64,000 nt of DNA from Vitrella brassicaformis CCMP3155 (GCA_001179505.1 CDMY01000323.1:57076-121075); one strand, 5' to 3'; shown: positions 49,052-62,497, counted from the stretch's first letter. Notes: generated by a model not told the origin, from the sequence alone. Numbers and translations: made by a program.

Positions 49052-52000
49052 CTAGCCAGGCCCTCCTCCCCCTCTTCCCCGGTCGCCTCCTCTATCTCTC
49101 CCCCTCCCACCCCCACCCCCACCACGTCCTCTCCCTCCCCTCCGGTGCGGCTGTGGAGACCCCCTCCCACCTCGACCACCTCGACTACGTCGGCCGCCAC
49201 GACCTCGGTGGTAATGAGGCTGTTGGGGGTGCTGGGGGTGTTGTGGGTGGTCTTCGCCTATGTACTGATCGTAGGATGGTTCGCGTGGGCGCCTGCGGGA
49301 TGCCTGTTGCTGTTGGGGAGGTTGGGGGTGGGGCTGATCGGGTGGCGGGATGCCTGGAATCCGCGGGTGAGTGCCAAACTGGAGGTCCAGCGATGACGGG
49401 AAGGGGGGCGCTGCAGCTGCCGCAGCAGCAGCAGCAGCTGCTGCTGCTGGGACGGGCGGGGGCGGCGGTGTGATTGGCTCTGGTTTCGGCTTGGGCGGCT
49501 CCGATGCACCTGCAGAAAGAGACAGAGGGAGAGAGAGGGAGAGGGTGTCTGTCGTGTCTGTGTTTGCTGTGTGTGCTGACTGACCGTCAAGAGCCCTGAT
49601 GAGTATGTGTATATCGCTGTCAGGGCTGTCAGCCTGGAAGGGCCACCGCACCTCCAGCTCCCCCTCGTCGACATCGTACGCCACCACACCACCCTCACCC
49701 CCTGTGCCAATCATCCACTTCCGCGAATTGGCATTCGCCTCCTCCCTCTTGATCAAGACACCACCCACACTCCTTCCCTGAATTTGCTGCGGATCCACCT
49801 CGATCACGTGTGCTGCCCGCCCCCTGTCGGCCATCTGCTGCATAGAGACCTGCCAGAGGACGGTGAAGTGCTCCGTCTTGACCTGGAAGCGACGCTTGAA
49901 CCATAGCGCGTGGAAGGGGAGGCTGGCGAGCACCTGCTCCTCTGTGCCAGGGGGGTTCTCCCCCGATAGAGGGGCCTCGTCAGCCGTCGCACGGTACAGC
50001 CGCCCCACGGTGTTTGCTTCTTCACCGCCCTGCTCCGCCTTCACCCCTCCGTCTGTCTTGACGCTGCCGAATATGGCCCGCTGCTTGAAGGCGTCCGTGT
50101 GTGTGGCAAGGATCCGGTAGAGCCGCTTCTTGCCTCTGATGGCGCCCTGTGAGGGCGCATACTGGACGAGCAGCCCGGAGAAGGGCAGCGGGGTGGGGAG
50201 TGGCAGCTCGGTGGGCGGCTTCAGGTTGGCAGTCATACGGGCGGACTCGTGTACCGCCATGGCAAGCACGCCGTCGTGGTGGTTAGAGGTGGCGTGGATG
50301 TGTGGGTGGGATTGGGCGCCTTTGGACGACTGCAGAGACACACACGAGGACATTTGTGTGTTTTTGTGGATGGATGGATGTGTCCACCGACCTCTGATAG
50401 GGCGCTCATGCCAGCAGGTGTTGATGGAGGGCCGTCGGTGCACTCCTCGATCTTCTCCAGGCCGTTCTCATTGTCAACCTCCATCTTGACCACACCACCA
50501 CCACCACCACCCTCCCCGCCCTTCTCTGCTTTGCCTTGCTCCTGCTCCTGCTCCTTCTTGTGGCGGACGGTGTGTGGGTGTCCGCTCAGAACTTGCTGGT
50601 AGAGCTGCGACGACAGCTCCATCGGGATGGTTCGCTTGCGGTGGGTGGGGACATTGATGGTCTGGCCGTTAGCGGGCATCCTCACCTGCACATAAAGAGA
50701 GACAGACAGGAACGGGCGGGCGAGTGGTGATGGTATGTATGGTTAGTTGTCAGTCATGGTCGCCTGCGCACGTCTCTCTTGAGGTCGGCTTCGAGCTTCT
50801 GTTTGAGATGCAGCATGTTGCTGGCCTCGCCATGCACCAGCACAACGCTGCGGGGGTCCACCTAGACACACACACAAAGACACGGACAGACATCTGTGTG
50901 TGTGTGTGGGTGTAGGAGCCCATCCACGACCGCCTGCTCAGGTCACCTGTGTGATGAGCTGCTGGATGCCCCTGCAGTCCGCGTGCGCCGAGAAGGAGAG
51001 GTACCGGACCTTCATGTTGACCACCACGCTCCTATCGGCGATCTTGACCTGTTTGGCACCATTGCTGCACACACAGGGGCCGAAAGAGAGGGAGAGACCA
51101 TCCATCCATCCATTGTGTGTTTGTGGCATACACACGTACATGACTTGGTTGCCGACGGTGCCTGGGGTGCAGTATCCCGGCACGAGCAGCAGATTGCGCT
51201 CGTCGGGCGCCCACTTCTCAAATATGGCCAGCGACAGACCCTGTTTGCACCACACATGGATGGATGAGTGGATGGTCATCCATATCATTCCTGTGTGTTT
51301 GTGCGCATTGCTGACTGACTCACCGCGTGTAGCATTCCGGGTGTGGCGAAGAGCACACAGGGGTAGTCGGCGCCCGCAACCTACACCCCCCACGCACATG
51401 TGACACACATGGATGGATGAATGGATAGATGGATGCGGCATTCATCATTCCGTCATTCATTGTGTCATTCATTGTGTGAGGGTGGTCACGTACCTCCGGT
51501 TTGTAGGGTGTGATGTGTGGGTAGTCGAACATGTTGCTCGACATCGGGACGTTCTCGTCGTCGTCGTCCTCGGCATCGCTCTCACCCTCAGGCGAGCCAC
51601 GCACGTTGCCTTGAAACACACACACACACACACACACAACACACACATATGGACAGACATATACACAGATGGTCACCTACCTTCGGCCATCTGTGCCATT
51701 TGTGCCGCCTGCGCCTTGCCGCACTCGGGGGACGCACCCGCACCTACACACACACGTGGATGGATGGATGGATGGACATCCATACAGACCTGCGACGGTG
51801 GTGTTGGCGCTGAGGGCGGCCGGGGTGACCCGAACGGTCGTCCAGTTGGCGAACTGGCACACACAAAACACAGCACAGCACAGCACAGCATCCCTCTGTC
51901 TCTGTGTGGGCGGCGTAGCGTGTGTGGCAAGACGGGCAACGTACGAGTCTGTAGTAGTGGTTGGCAGTGGTCGACAGCTGCCCGGCAAAGTAGATGGGAT

Positions 52001-52546
52001 GTGTCAGCTCTGACGGATTGCAAATGCAGACACAGTTCTCTCTCTCCCTCCCTCCCTCCCTCTCTGCGTCACTTACGGTTTCTCTGCCAGTATTGCTCCA
52101 GGATGAGGCACAGCTCCTGCGCCCGGCCAATCGCAAACACTGGAATCAGCACCTGGTGACGTGCACACACACACACAGAGAGAGAGAGAGAGATCGTATC
52201 CATGGCATATGCACACGTGTGTGCAGGCAGTGAGTACCTACCTTCCCGCCGCCATCGAGCGTCTCCCGCACAATCTTGCACATCTCCGTCTCGCTCTTCT
52301 TTTTGCTCGCGTGGAAATGCGCGCCATACGTACCTTAACACCCCACCCCAACACACACACACACATGCACATCTTCGTCTATCCATTTGTTTATCCATGG
52401 GGATGGCTGGCTGGATGCCCACTCACTCTCCGATATGACGACATCGGGGTTGAGTCGGGGCACCCTTGCCGGGCCCAGGTGCCTGTCGGGGGTCATGCTG
52501 TAGTCGCCCGTGTACACCACAGACTCGCCGCCATACTGACAGACAC

Positions 52547-52577
<31 letters not shown>

Positions 52578-52781
52578 CTCATACACACACAAAGACAAGA
52601 AGATGGGCATGTTTGTGTGTGTTTGTGTGTGGTGTGCGGGTCCCTCCCACCTCCACATGGAACAAGGCCGCCCCCAGCACGTGTCCGGCGTAGTAGGGCG
52701 TGACGCGTATGCCGCACGGCAGGGTGGCCGTCTCGTGCACCATCAGCGCACGCACCTTCTCTATCGCCCTCTCAACCTATA

Positions 52782-52812
<31 letters not shown>

Positions 52813-53558
52813 GGGAGGAGTTTGTGTGTGTGTGTGTGTGTGTGTGTACCATTTCCAGCTCGTAGATGGCTTCCCCGTCGTATGAGATGCGTGTGCTGAG
52901 GTTGACCATGTCGCGCAGCAGCACGGGACACAGCGCCTTGGTCGGATACGTCATGAAGATGGGACCGGAGTAGCTGACAACATAAGACACACACCACGCC
53001 ACACACCACGCCACACCACCACACACCTTCGTGTGCCGTGTGGATTGCACACAGGGAAGGAAATCAAGGCTCGCTCACTTGTAGGTCTCGGTCAGCTTGG
53101 GCAGCGCCCCGCAGTGGTCCAGGTGGAAGTGGGTCACAATCACCGCATCTAAAATGGACGTCAGGTCAGGCCTGCACATACATACACACACACACACAGG
53201 TATGCTCCTCCCTCTCCCCTGTCTGTGTGCCTCTCTGCGCATAGCAAACGCACCGTTTCCCGTCGCTGCTGCCGGTGGCCATGGCCATGGGCATGCCCGG
53301 TATCTGGTCGAAGTTCGGGAACTTCTCCTCTTTCGACCGTGCGCCCAGCATCACGCCGCAGTCAAACATCACGCGACGGGGCGGAGAGTGGCCTGTGTTG
53401 TTCGTTGCACACACGCAGAGAGAATCACATCACACGAATGAATGGATCTGTGCAGTCGGGGCGGAGATCTGTCTGTCTGCATACGCACCCAGAGTGACGA
53501 CGACGCAGGAGCGCCCGACCGCCTGGCCGGCGCCCAACACCTTGATCTCAATCCCCAT
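49052..53558 (-). CDS. INTS11: Integrator subunit 11 / CPSF73-like beta-CASP endonuclease
   Basis: LGAGQAVGRSC, VMFDCG, THFHLDHCGALP, YSGPIFMTYPTKA, AGHVLGAA, YTGDYSMTPDRHLGPA (INTS11-type), VLIPVFAIGRAQEL, SFSAHAD, LVHGE; RGG-rich tail. Confidence 0.88.
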
Positions 53559-53658
53559 CTCAACTCACCATCAACTCAGCTCACCATTGATATACCTCCT
53601 CCCATTTGCGAGCTGAAGTGGCGGAGGATCGTGACTCATCGGTTCGAGGGGAGAGGAG

Positions 53659-56384
53659 ATGCGTGTGAAGGTGTACAGTTCGGTGAGTCGGCACACGGAG
53701 ATCTGCACGTCCATCGGCTGGTGCCGGGGCGGACGCACAGGCGAGCTTTGGAGCTGCGGAGGTACGCACACAACTCAACTCAACACACACACAGACGGAC
53801 GAAGGATGGACACAGAGGTGCTTCGCGTCAACGTGTGTGTGTCCGTGTAGATGACAAGGCGTTGTGGAAGTGGAACGCCGACGGCTCGCCCAACGCGAAA
53901 ATCGCTGATCTGGAGGTAAGTACAGCACATATATATATGGAGGAGGCGCCGCGCGGGTCTGTCTGTCTGTCTGAGTTGTGCCATTCATCATATCATGTGT
54001 TGTGTGTGTGTGCAGGTGTACCCAGCGATGCTGCAGTGGGCGCCCAGCGGCGATGTGCTGGCCATAGGTGCGGTGTGCGTGTGCATCTGCATGCGGAGAG
54101 GGGATGACGGCCATGCATGCCTATGGCTGTCTGTCTGTGTGTTGTGTGCAGCGTGTACGGAGGGGAGTCTGCGGCTGTATACGCGTGCGGGTAAGGAGGA
54201 CAAGAAGGTGGAGGCCCACACGGGGGCCGTCATCGCACTGAGGTGGAGCCACGACGGGTCGGCACTCGCTACGGCCGGAGAGGACGGCCTACTCAAGATA
54301 TGGTCCAGGTCAGACAGACAGACAGACAGACAGACAGACGATCTGCGCCATCCATCCACAGGCAATCAGATATCTGTGTGTCTGTGCGGCTGCGTGCCTG
54401 TCTGTCGGCGTGCAGGTCGGGGATGCTTCGTTCGACGTTGCTGCGTCTGCCGGCGTCGATTTATGCGGTGGCGTGGAGCGGCGACAACGAGAAGGTCGCC
54501 ATCGGCAGCTATCGCAGGTGCCCACACTAGGCAACCAACACGGATACATACCATACTCTGTGTGTGTTGTGTGTTTGTGTTTGTGTGTAGGGTAGTAGTG
54601 CAGTCACTGCAGCCAGGCCGTCGGCCGCAGGAGTGGAAGGCACACGAGGGGGTCGTGCTGCAGGTAAGTACTTACTTATCGGCGTACAGGGGGAGGTGTG
54701 TGGGCGCATATATGCGTGCATATGTGTGTGTGTGTGTCCACAGGTGGACTGGTCAGCGGTCACGAGTCAGATCCTCAGCGGCGGAGAGGACTGCAAATAC
54801 AAAATCTGGTACGCACATACAGTCGCTTGCACGTCGGTCGACAAACACACACAGCGTTCGTGTAATTGTGTTGTGTTATGCAGGGACAGCGACGGCCGTC
54901 TGCTGTTCACCTCGGCGCCCCTGGAGCAGGTCACCACAAGCCTCGCATGGTCACCTAACGGACGATGGTTTGCGGTAAACACGCTACGCTGCCACACACG
55001 CAGAGAGAGAGAGAGAGAGATGCACGTGTGTGTGTGTGTGCCCATACATACCTTCACTCACAGGTGGGATCGTTTGGCGTGATCAAGCTGTGTGACAAGA
55101 CGGGGTGGTCCTACGCTAGAGAGGCGCTCACTCACAGCGGATCGGTGTTCCAACTCGCATGGTGGGCGCCTTGCGACTCCACATCCCCCCTTCCCCCCCC
55201 AGCACACAACTCGATGTATCATTTAATCTGTGCGACATGCATGTGTGTGTGTGGTTGAATGTGATGATGTAGGTCAGAGGACAGCACCGTGCTCGCCGGC
55301 GCGTGTGGCAGCGGGCAGGTACCCCATCAGACACACGAGCACCTAGACACACATACTATCCACGTTGATGCGTTCGTTCTTATGTATGTGTCCAGGTGGT
55401 CTTTTCCCATCTGAGCGACCGCGTGGTGTCCTGGGCCCACCTGCAGGCTACACTCAAACAAGACAACACCGTCGAAATCAAAGTAAACGAACGGCTGTTG
55501 TCGGGCGCGGCGCACGTGTGTATGTGTGTGTGTTCCATGCGCACAGGACACCATCGCCGAGACGACGGACGATTTGGATTTCCGCGACCGGGTCATCGAC
55601 ATGTCAGTCGGCCACGGAGCCCTCATCGTCACGACGGCCACACAGTGCTCCATCCACCAGGTATGGAGTACACACAAAGCAAAGCAAATGGCCTTCTCTA
55701 CACGTGTGTGTGTGTGTGTGTGTGTAGTCGCCGCACTGGTCGCCGCCACACGTGTTTGACCTGAAGGACCTGCCGCTGTTGGTGCTGCAGTCCCCGTACC
55801 ACTTCTGCATCGTTGACAGAGATGGCATACATGTACCCAACACACCATTTATCCATCCATCCATCGGGGTGTGTGTGTGAGACAGCTGTACACGTACGAG
55901 GGCCGGTTGCTGAGCACGGTCAAGTACAAGGGCCTCCGCACCGACGTCCTCAACCCCCTCACACTCTCCATCGCACGTGACGCCGTCTGCATGGTGGGCA
56001 TTCCCTCTCCAGACACACTCACAGAGAGAGAACCTGTCTGTTGTGTGTTGCTGGACTGGATTTGTGTCGTAGGTAGACGCCTCCACGCCCAAGTGTGTGC
56101 GGGTGTTTGACGTGCAGTCGGGCAGACCGCTGGGGCAGCCAATCGAACACAAGATTGACATCATCCAGGCAGGAAGGAAGGCACCTCACCTCGGGCAGCT
56201 CAGCTCCCTCCTTACCTACCGCCCAACACACACACACACGTGTCCATGCCGCCTGTATGTATGTGTGTGCAGGTGGCCGTGAACCAGCACGGGAGCGGTG
56301 CCGACCGCCGTGTGGCCATCCTAGACAAAAACAAGGACCTCTACATCACACCCGCACACCGCACACAGTGGTTCGTGCCCACAC

Positions 56385-56424
<40 letters not shown>

Positions 56425-57984
56425 GACACACAGATCTCACATCAGGGGGGTTCGTGTGGTTGTGTTGTGTGTAGGGTAAAGTTGTCGTCGATGGTAGACA
56501 CGTTCATGTGGCACGACCTGACCGACATGATGGTGGCGATATGTGGCGGCGGGGACAACAGCATGCACTGCTGGTTCTACCCGGCCGCAGTCTTCGTCGA
56601 CCAGGACCTGCTGCCGCACACTATGGTCAGGCTGACACAGCCATGGATGCGTGTGTGGGGGGGATATGTGTGTGTGTGTGTGTGTGTGCAGACGACAAAG
56701 GAGGCGATAGGGTGCGGCAAGATGTGTCAGCTGGTGTCCTTTTCGGGCTCCCACTGCACCATCAGACGAAGGTACACAGACAGACCACGCCCAAACCCCT
56801 GATACCCACATGCAGCTGAGTTCCTGTGGTTGTGTGTTGGGTGCAGCGACGGTGCGTATCAGGCGTTGTCTGTCTCGCCCTACCCCCAGCTGCTCTACCA
56901 ACAAGTCGAGAAGGGGCAATGGTACACGACAGACACCCCCAACGCATCCCCAACACCCACACCCCCGAATGCACCAAGTACATGTGTGTGTAGGGACAAG
57001 GCGATCCGCGTGTGTCGATTCGTCAAGTCGCCACCCCTCTGGGCGGCACTCGCAGCCATGGCCCTGCACGCACGGTAGGCGGGCCACGTGGGGATACCGA
57101 CCTACCGATGCACTCACTGCACACAACGGACGCACTCATCCATTTTGTCTGTCTTCGATGCAGAGAGCTGACAACTGCCGAGATCGCCCTCGCGAGCATC
57201 GACGAGGTGGCTAAGGTACGCACTCACGCACTCGTCTGGACGTGGTGGACGGTGGATAGTGGATGGACGGTGTGTACGCCACGCCCAGGTGCACTTCATC
57301 ACGTCGCTCAACGAGCTGGCGGACGACACCGTCCGGGCGGCTGAACTCGCGGTGCGTGTGGGCAGGGCACAGGGGACCGACATCCATCTATCCACACGTG
57401 AGGGAGTGTATGTGATGTGGTTGTGTAGTTGTTTTGCAAGCGTCCCGAGGAGGCGTTGGGTTTGCTGCTGCAGCAGGGCAAGGTCTACCGCGCCATCGAC
57501 ATGAACATCCGCCTGCAGAGATGGGAGGTGAATGAGCACACCAACGCACTGCACCCCAAAGCACCCCTCAACCCAGGCACACACGCACCCATGTGTGTCT
57601 GTGTGTGTCTGTGTGTGTCTGTGTGTGTCTGTGTGTGTCTGTGGATGAATGGCCACACTAGGCTGCGTTAGATTTGGCCCAGAAGCACAAGGGCTACGTG
57701 GACGTAGTGCTGTCGATGCGGCACAAGTTCCTGCAGGACATGAACTACGACGAGACCAACCCCAAGTTCATCAAGGCCACCAAGGTACCGACACAACAGA
57801 ACAGAACAGAACAGAACCACTCTCCCCTCTGCACACACACAATGTTCATGTGTGTGTGTGTGTGTGTGTCTGTGTTTGTGGGCTGGTTGCGTGCTTGCAG
57901 GAGGTGTCAGTGGATCACGCTGCTGTTGCGGCCAAGATAGCAGCGGAAGAGGAGAAGGACAGGCGGCAGGCGGAGGGCAATTAA
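53659..57984 (+). CDS. IFT80: Intraflagellar transport protein 80 (WD40)
   Basis: [74 protein letters not shown]; many short introns. Confidence 0.95.
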
Positions 57985-58374
57985 CTGACCGACCGACCGA
58001 TAGATAGAAGCGTCGATCCGTTCGTTCGTTCGTTCGAACTGTGTATACGTGTCTATGTATGTGTATCCGTTTGTCTGTCGGCCTGCCCGTCTGCCCGTCG
58101 GTCGGTCTGTATGTGTCTGTTGATATATAGGCGATGGGTGTGCGTACGAGTGTGCTTGCGTTGCGTAGCGTGGACAGACCAGACCAGACCGTCTGTCCGT
58201 CAGTCAGTCAGTCACATCACAGAACCATTCATGCGCACAGGCCATGAACGAAGGTCACATCACGCACACACCCCACACACAGTGTGAATCACACTGACTG
58301 CTTCAAACACCACCACCACCACCACACACGCGCAGACACACGCACGTCCGTCTGTCTGCCGGTGGTCTGTCTGT

Positions 58375-59113
58375 CTATCGGTTGGCCTTGGCGACCCGCT
58401 CGATCTCGTCCTTCTTCTTGATGGCGTAGCTGTTGGAGCTCTCCTTGGCGCAGTTGATGATCTCGTCAGCCAGGCACTCGGCAATCGTTTTGATGTTGCG
58501 GAACGCACTCTGACGCGCGCCTGCACGCACAGAGGTCACACAGAGGGGGAGGGAGATACAGAGGTGACAGAAGGGTGGGTGGCTGTGGGTACCTACCGTA
58601 GCAGATGAGGTAGATGGCCTGGTTGACACGTCTGAGTGGCGACACGTCCACGGCCTGCCGCCGCACCACACCGGCCGAACCGATACGCGTCGAATCCTCG
58701 CGCGGACCGCCGTTCTTGACAGCCTCGACCAACACCTACAGCCACCACACAAGAGAGAGGGGTGCTGATCTGACTGATCTGATGTGCGTCTTCTGGCGTC
58801 TGTGTGGGTGTGACTGACTGACCTGCACGGGGTTCTTGTCAGTGAGAAGGTGGATGATCTCGAAGGCGTGCTTGACGATCCGGACGGCCATGGCCTTCTT
58901 GCCGTTGTTGCGTCCGTGCATCATCATGGAGCACACGAGGCGCTCGACGATGGGGCACTGGGCCTTCCTGAAGCGGCGGGACTGCCATCGGCCGGCCGTG
59001 TGGGGCAGGTACACCGAGGCCCTGTCCTTGTAGCTGATGTAGTCCACCAAGGAGAGGTCGGACGTGTTGACGTCCAGGTAGCTCCACTTGCCGAACAGGC
59101 GAACGTCCGCCAT
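58375..59113 (-). CDS. RPS5: 40S ribosomal protein S5 (uS7)
   Basis: [66 protein letters not shown]; 2 coding introns. Confidence 0.98.
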
Positions 59114-59582
59114 GATGACACTGACTGACACAACCCGACAGACAACCACACACGCAGATCTGTCACTGTACGGCCGTCTGAGGGCTTGTCTGTCCGACCT
59201 GGCTTCCTTCTTGCTTCCTGAGTGCGTGTGTGCCCACCTGCAAGGCCTCTGTGGCGCTCCTTCCGTGTGCGAGCTTAGAGTGGCAAACCTCTTCAAGCTC
59301 GCAAATACCGATACCAACTCCTCCCGGAAACGCCCTTCAGAGGTCAGACGGCTTCGAGAGCAAGCACTGCCTTACATCCCTTATCGACACCAGCTTCCAG
59401 GGCGAAAGGATCTGAAGATCAGATCCTCCAAGAGCTGAGCGGTCCGAAACGGTTTCCCTGTGACGCCTCGCAACTTCCTTGGTAAGCAACAGCAATCGCT
59501 TTAGCCCACTCACCAAGCCATCCTTCCCGTGCGACCGTGTGTGTGTGTGTGTGACCTCGCACAACCGGCAGACAGACATATA

Positions 59583-60907
59583 ATGGGAAATGAGTTGGCG
59601 ACGATGCTGCTGGGAGGTACGTTGGAGCTGGACGGGATGCATGGAAGCAACACGACAACTCCTCTTTTTCGCTGGTGTGTGTCAGAAGAGTCAGTACATT
59701 GGTCGGTCCATCCGACCACCCCTGCTCGCGCCGCCACCTGTGAGCTTCTTGAAGGCCTCCATCAGGGCAGGCTCAAGCTGCGGAGGGCCATCCGGCTGCT
59801 CGACAAGGGCGTCGACGCCAGACACTTGGTGAAATACGATGAAAGGTACTACAACCTCATCCAGCTGGCCATCAGGCATCATCTGAGGCCTGACACGGTG
59901 CGTATCGTGCGGTTGCTCATCCAGAGAGGGTACAAGTAACGCCACACACAGAGGGAGAGGGAGGGGGAGGGGGAGGGAGGCCATCCGGCTTCATTCGCCC
60001 GCGCTCTGTGTGTGTGTGTGTCCTGGGTAGGGCGGACGTCAACTTCGTCGATACCCGCCACGGCACTGCCTCCCCAATCGCAATGGCTCTCCTGTATGGC
60101 CGTTATGACGTCGCCCACCTGCTACTCGACTATCCCCGACTGGACCTTACGACAGCCTACTTAGTCCGGTGGCTTTTGTGCCATGTGGCGTCTGATGCAA
60201 GGGATGGAAGCGTGTCATCTGCTGAGAAGGTCGCTATGGCCAAAAGACTCGTGCGACGCGGAGGAGTGCGGCTGATTACTCACGGCAATGGCTTGCACGC
60301 CTTCTGTCAGTAGCCCCTTCCCAACCCCTCTCGTCAGCTGCAGCTGATGACTTATTTGATCCACAAGGCCGGACGGCATATCGTTGACAAAACGGACGCA
60401 AAGCACCACACCCCACTCTATTATGCGGCTCGTAGTGGGTGCTCTCCTGATGTTCTCCGTTTACTGCTGCGTAACGGGGCGTCGATTCTGGGTGCGCAAC
60501 ATAATCGCCTTCATCGCATGAAGAAGAGGCAAAGGCTGTCGGCCTACTGTTGCTACCTGCGTGACGACCTGCCAACTCAAGTCAGCATCGCAGTGAAGAC
60601 AGCCCTCATCATGCCCTTCCGGGCAACGGCGACTGCGAGCCTTCCCGCTGAGGTCTTTGATTACATCCAGGCGTTCATTGGGGTTCCGACGCCTCCCACA
60701 GTGTCGCTTCCCATCAGCCAGCAGCTGCCCTTCGGCCGCTGCATCAATCAGATGGTCAACAGCTACTTATCATCGGCCTACCAGAGCATTCGAGAAACCG
60801 GCACAATGGAGGCATGTGGGCTTGGCGATCTATTGGATCAGGTGCGTCAGAAAGCAATGGAGGAGGGAAGGCGACTCGGTATTAATGTGATGTCAGCCGA
60901 CAAGTAA
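59583..60907 (+). pseudogene. Ankyrin-repeat protein with an in-frame TAG
   Basis: IVRLLIQRG|ADVN, SPIAMA, VAHLLL, TPLYYAARSG, LLLRNGA. TAG at 60311-60313 is in frame with the upstream and downstream ORFs. Confidence 0.75.
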
Positions 60908-61349
60908 GTTTTATCTATCAAGAAGAGAGACGTTGATATCCCTTGATGGCATCATTGTTGTGTGTGGTGTGATTCAGGGTTAAGTCACATGGGTGGGCTT
61001 TACGTTTCTGCGCGCACGTGCCTGCAAGCGACTGATGCGAAAGGAGGGAGAAGGCGCAAGGGGGAGGAAGAGATGAAGGGGCATGGAATGGATGGATGGA
61101 TGGATAGATGACATGGTGCGGTAGACATCGGTAGACATTGTTGTGTTAGTGATAGCTTGTTGGCCAATGGACTCCACTGTCTCTCGTCTCTGTCAATTAG
61201 TGTAATTAGTGTATGTGTGGTGCCGAGAGGCACATCAAGAGACGCCTAAACTACCCTAAAGATCATCGTTGTTCGTACCTGCGAGCTTATGTTGCAGATC
61301 TGTCCCTCCTTCCTTTTCTTCCCCGCAGCGAACACGCATCACGCATGGC

Positions 61350-62497
61350 ATGTGTACACACCTGATCGCCCTTTTTATCGCCATGACGGCAGATCTGCTG
61401 CAGCAGCCAGTCCATTCCTGTCGCCCGCATTATGATGGCAAAGCCATCAACGGGAGGAGGAGAGATGCATTCCTGCCTCACCCCGTGCGGCCTTTGGTCG
61501 AGCTTCGTCCGCTCACACGACTTGGTGCCTCGTCCGAGCAGCCTCAAACTCAGAAGCTTGCTCTGCTCAGGCTTGAGGCGGCGAGGCTCAGAAGACACCT
61601 GGTGGAACTGGAGGCTAACAGGACGTCAGACGTCGCCAAAACAGAGGAGGTACGTGTGTGAGCAATTCATGGATACACACAGAGGGGACATTCATCCATC
61701 GAGGGAGGCATCTTCGTCTGTGTCACCGTTTGTGCGTGCGTGTGCAGGTTCGCCTGGCGCTTGAGAGGTTGGAAGCTGACGACCCTATGTGGCAGTACTG
61801 GGTGGCAAGACGGCGCATGAAGGACACGGCCATGCGAGGCGCATTTCAGGAAGCTGCCATAAACCGGGACAAAGCCAAGGCGGTACGCTCACACACACAT
61901 ACACCAGCAGAGCCTGACACCTCTACTAACTCACCCAGCTACGTCGTTCATTCGCCTGCATGTGTCTGTGAATACATTATAGGCAAAGAAAGCACTCCCT
62001 CAGTACCAGTTGTCTGGTTTATGGGTCGCTGATTATGAGGGGAACAGTGCGTCTAGACGCCTGCAGCTCATCAAGATGGCCTACGAGGACGACGACACAC
62101 TTGTGGCAAGGAAGGTCATCGGCGATATGCATGTTCCAGAGGGACAGGTGAGCAACACATTCACACACAGTGCATTCCTCTCTGTTTTTCCTTTTTTATG
62201 TAGGTGACTTTCCGTGTTGACGTCTCTCAACTGCCATCGCTAAATCCGCTGTCCATTCCCGGGCAGTCTGTGGGCACTTACGTTGAAGCGCTGGAGGGAG
62301 AAGGGCAAGTGGCTGATCCTGGGCACGCCAACGCGCACTTTGTGGCTGGGCGGCTGATTCTACTTGGCGAGAGGACCATCGCCTTCGGGTGGGTGGGCGG
62401 AGGTGTAGATAGATGGGTGGTCTTCGAGCGCTTGAACGATGAGCTGTTGAGCGAGATATTGCGGCAACACAGGCGGCTTCACATGACTGGCGAATAA
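61350..62497 (+). CDS. DUF3506 (EXECUTER/Cyclin_D1_bind-type) protein with a possible plastid leader
   Basis: LSGLWVADY, LVARKVIGDMHVPEGQ|VTFRVD, GEGQVADPGHANAHFVAGRL, VVFERL. Leader MCTHLIALFIAMTADLL...RRRDAFLP. Confidence 0.75.
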
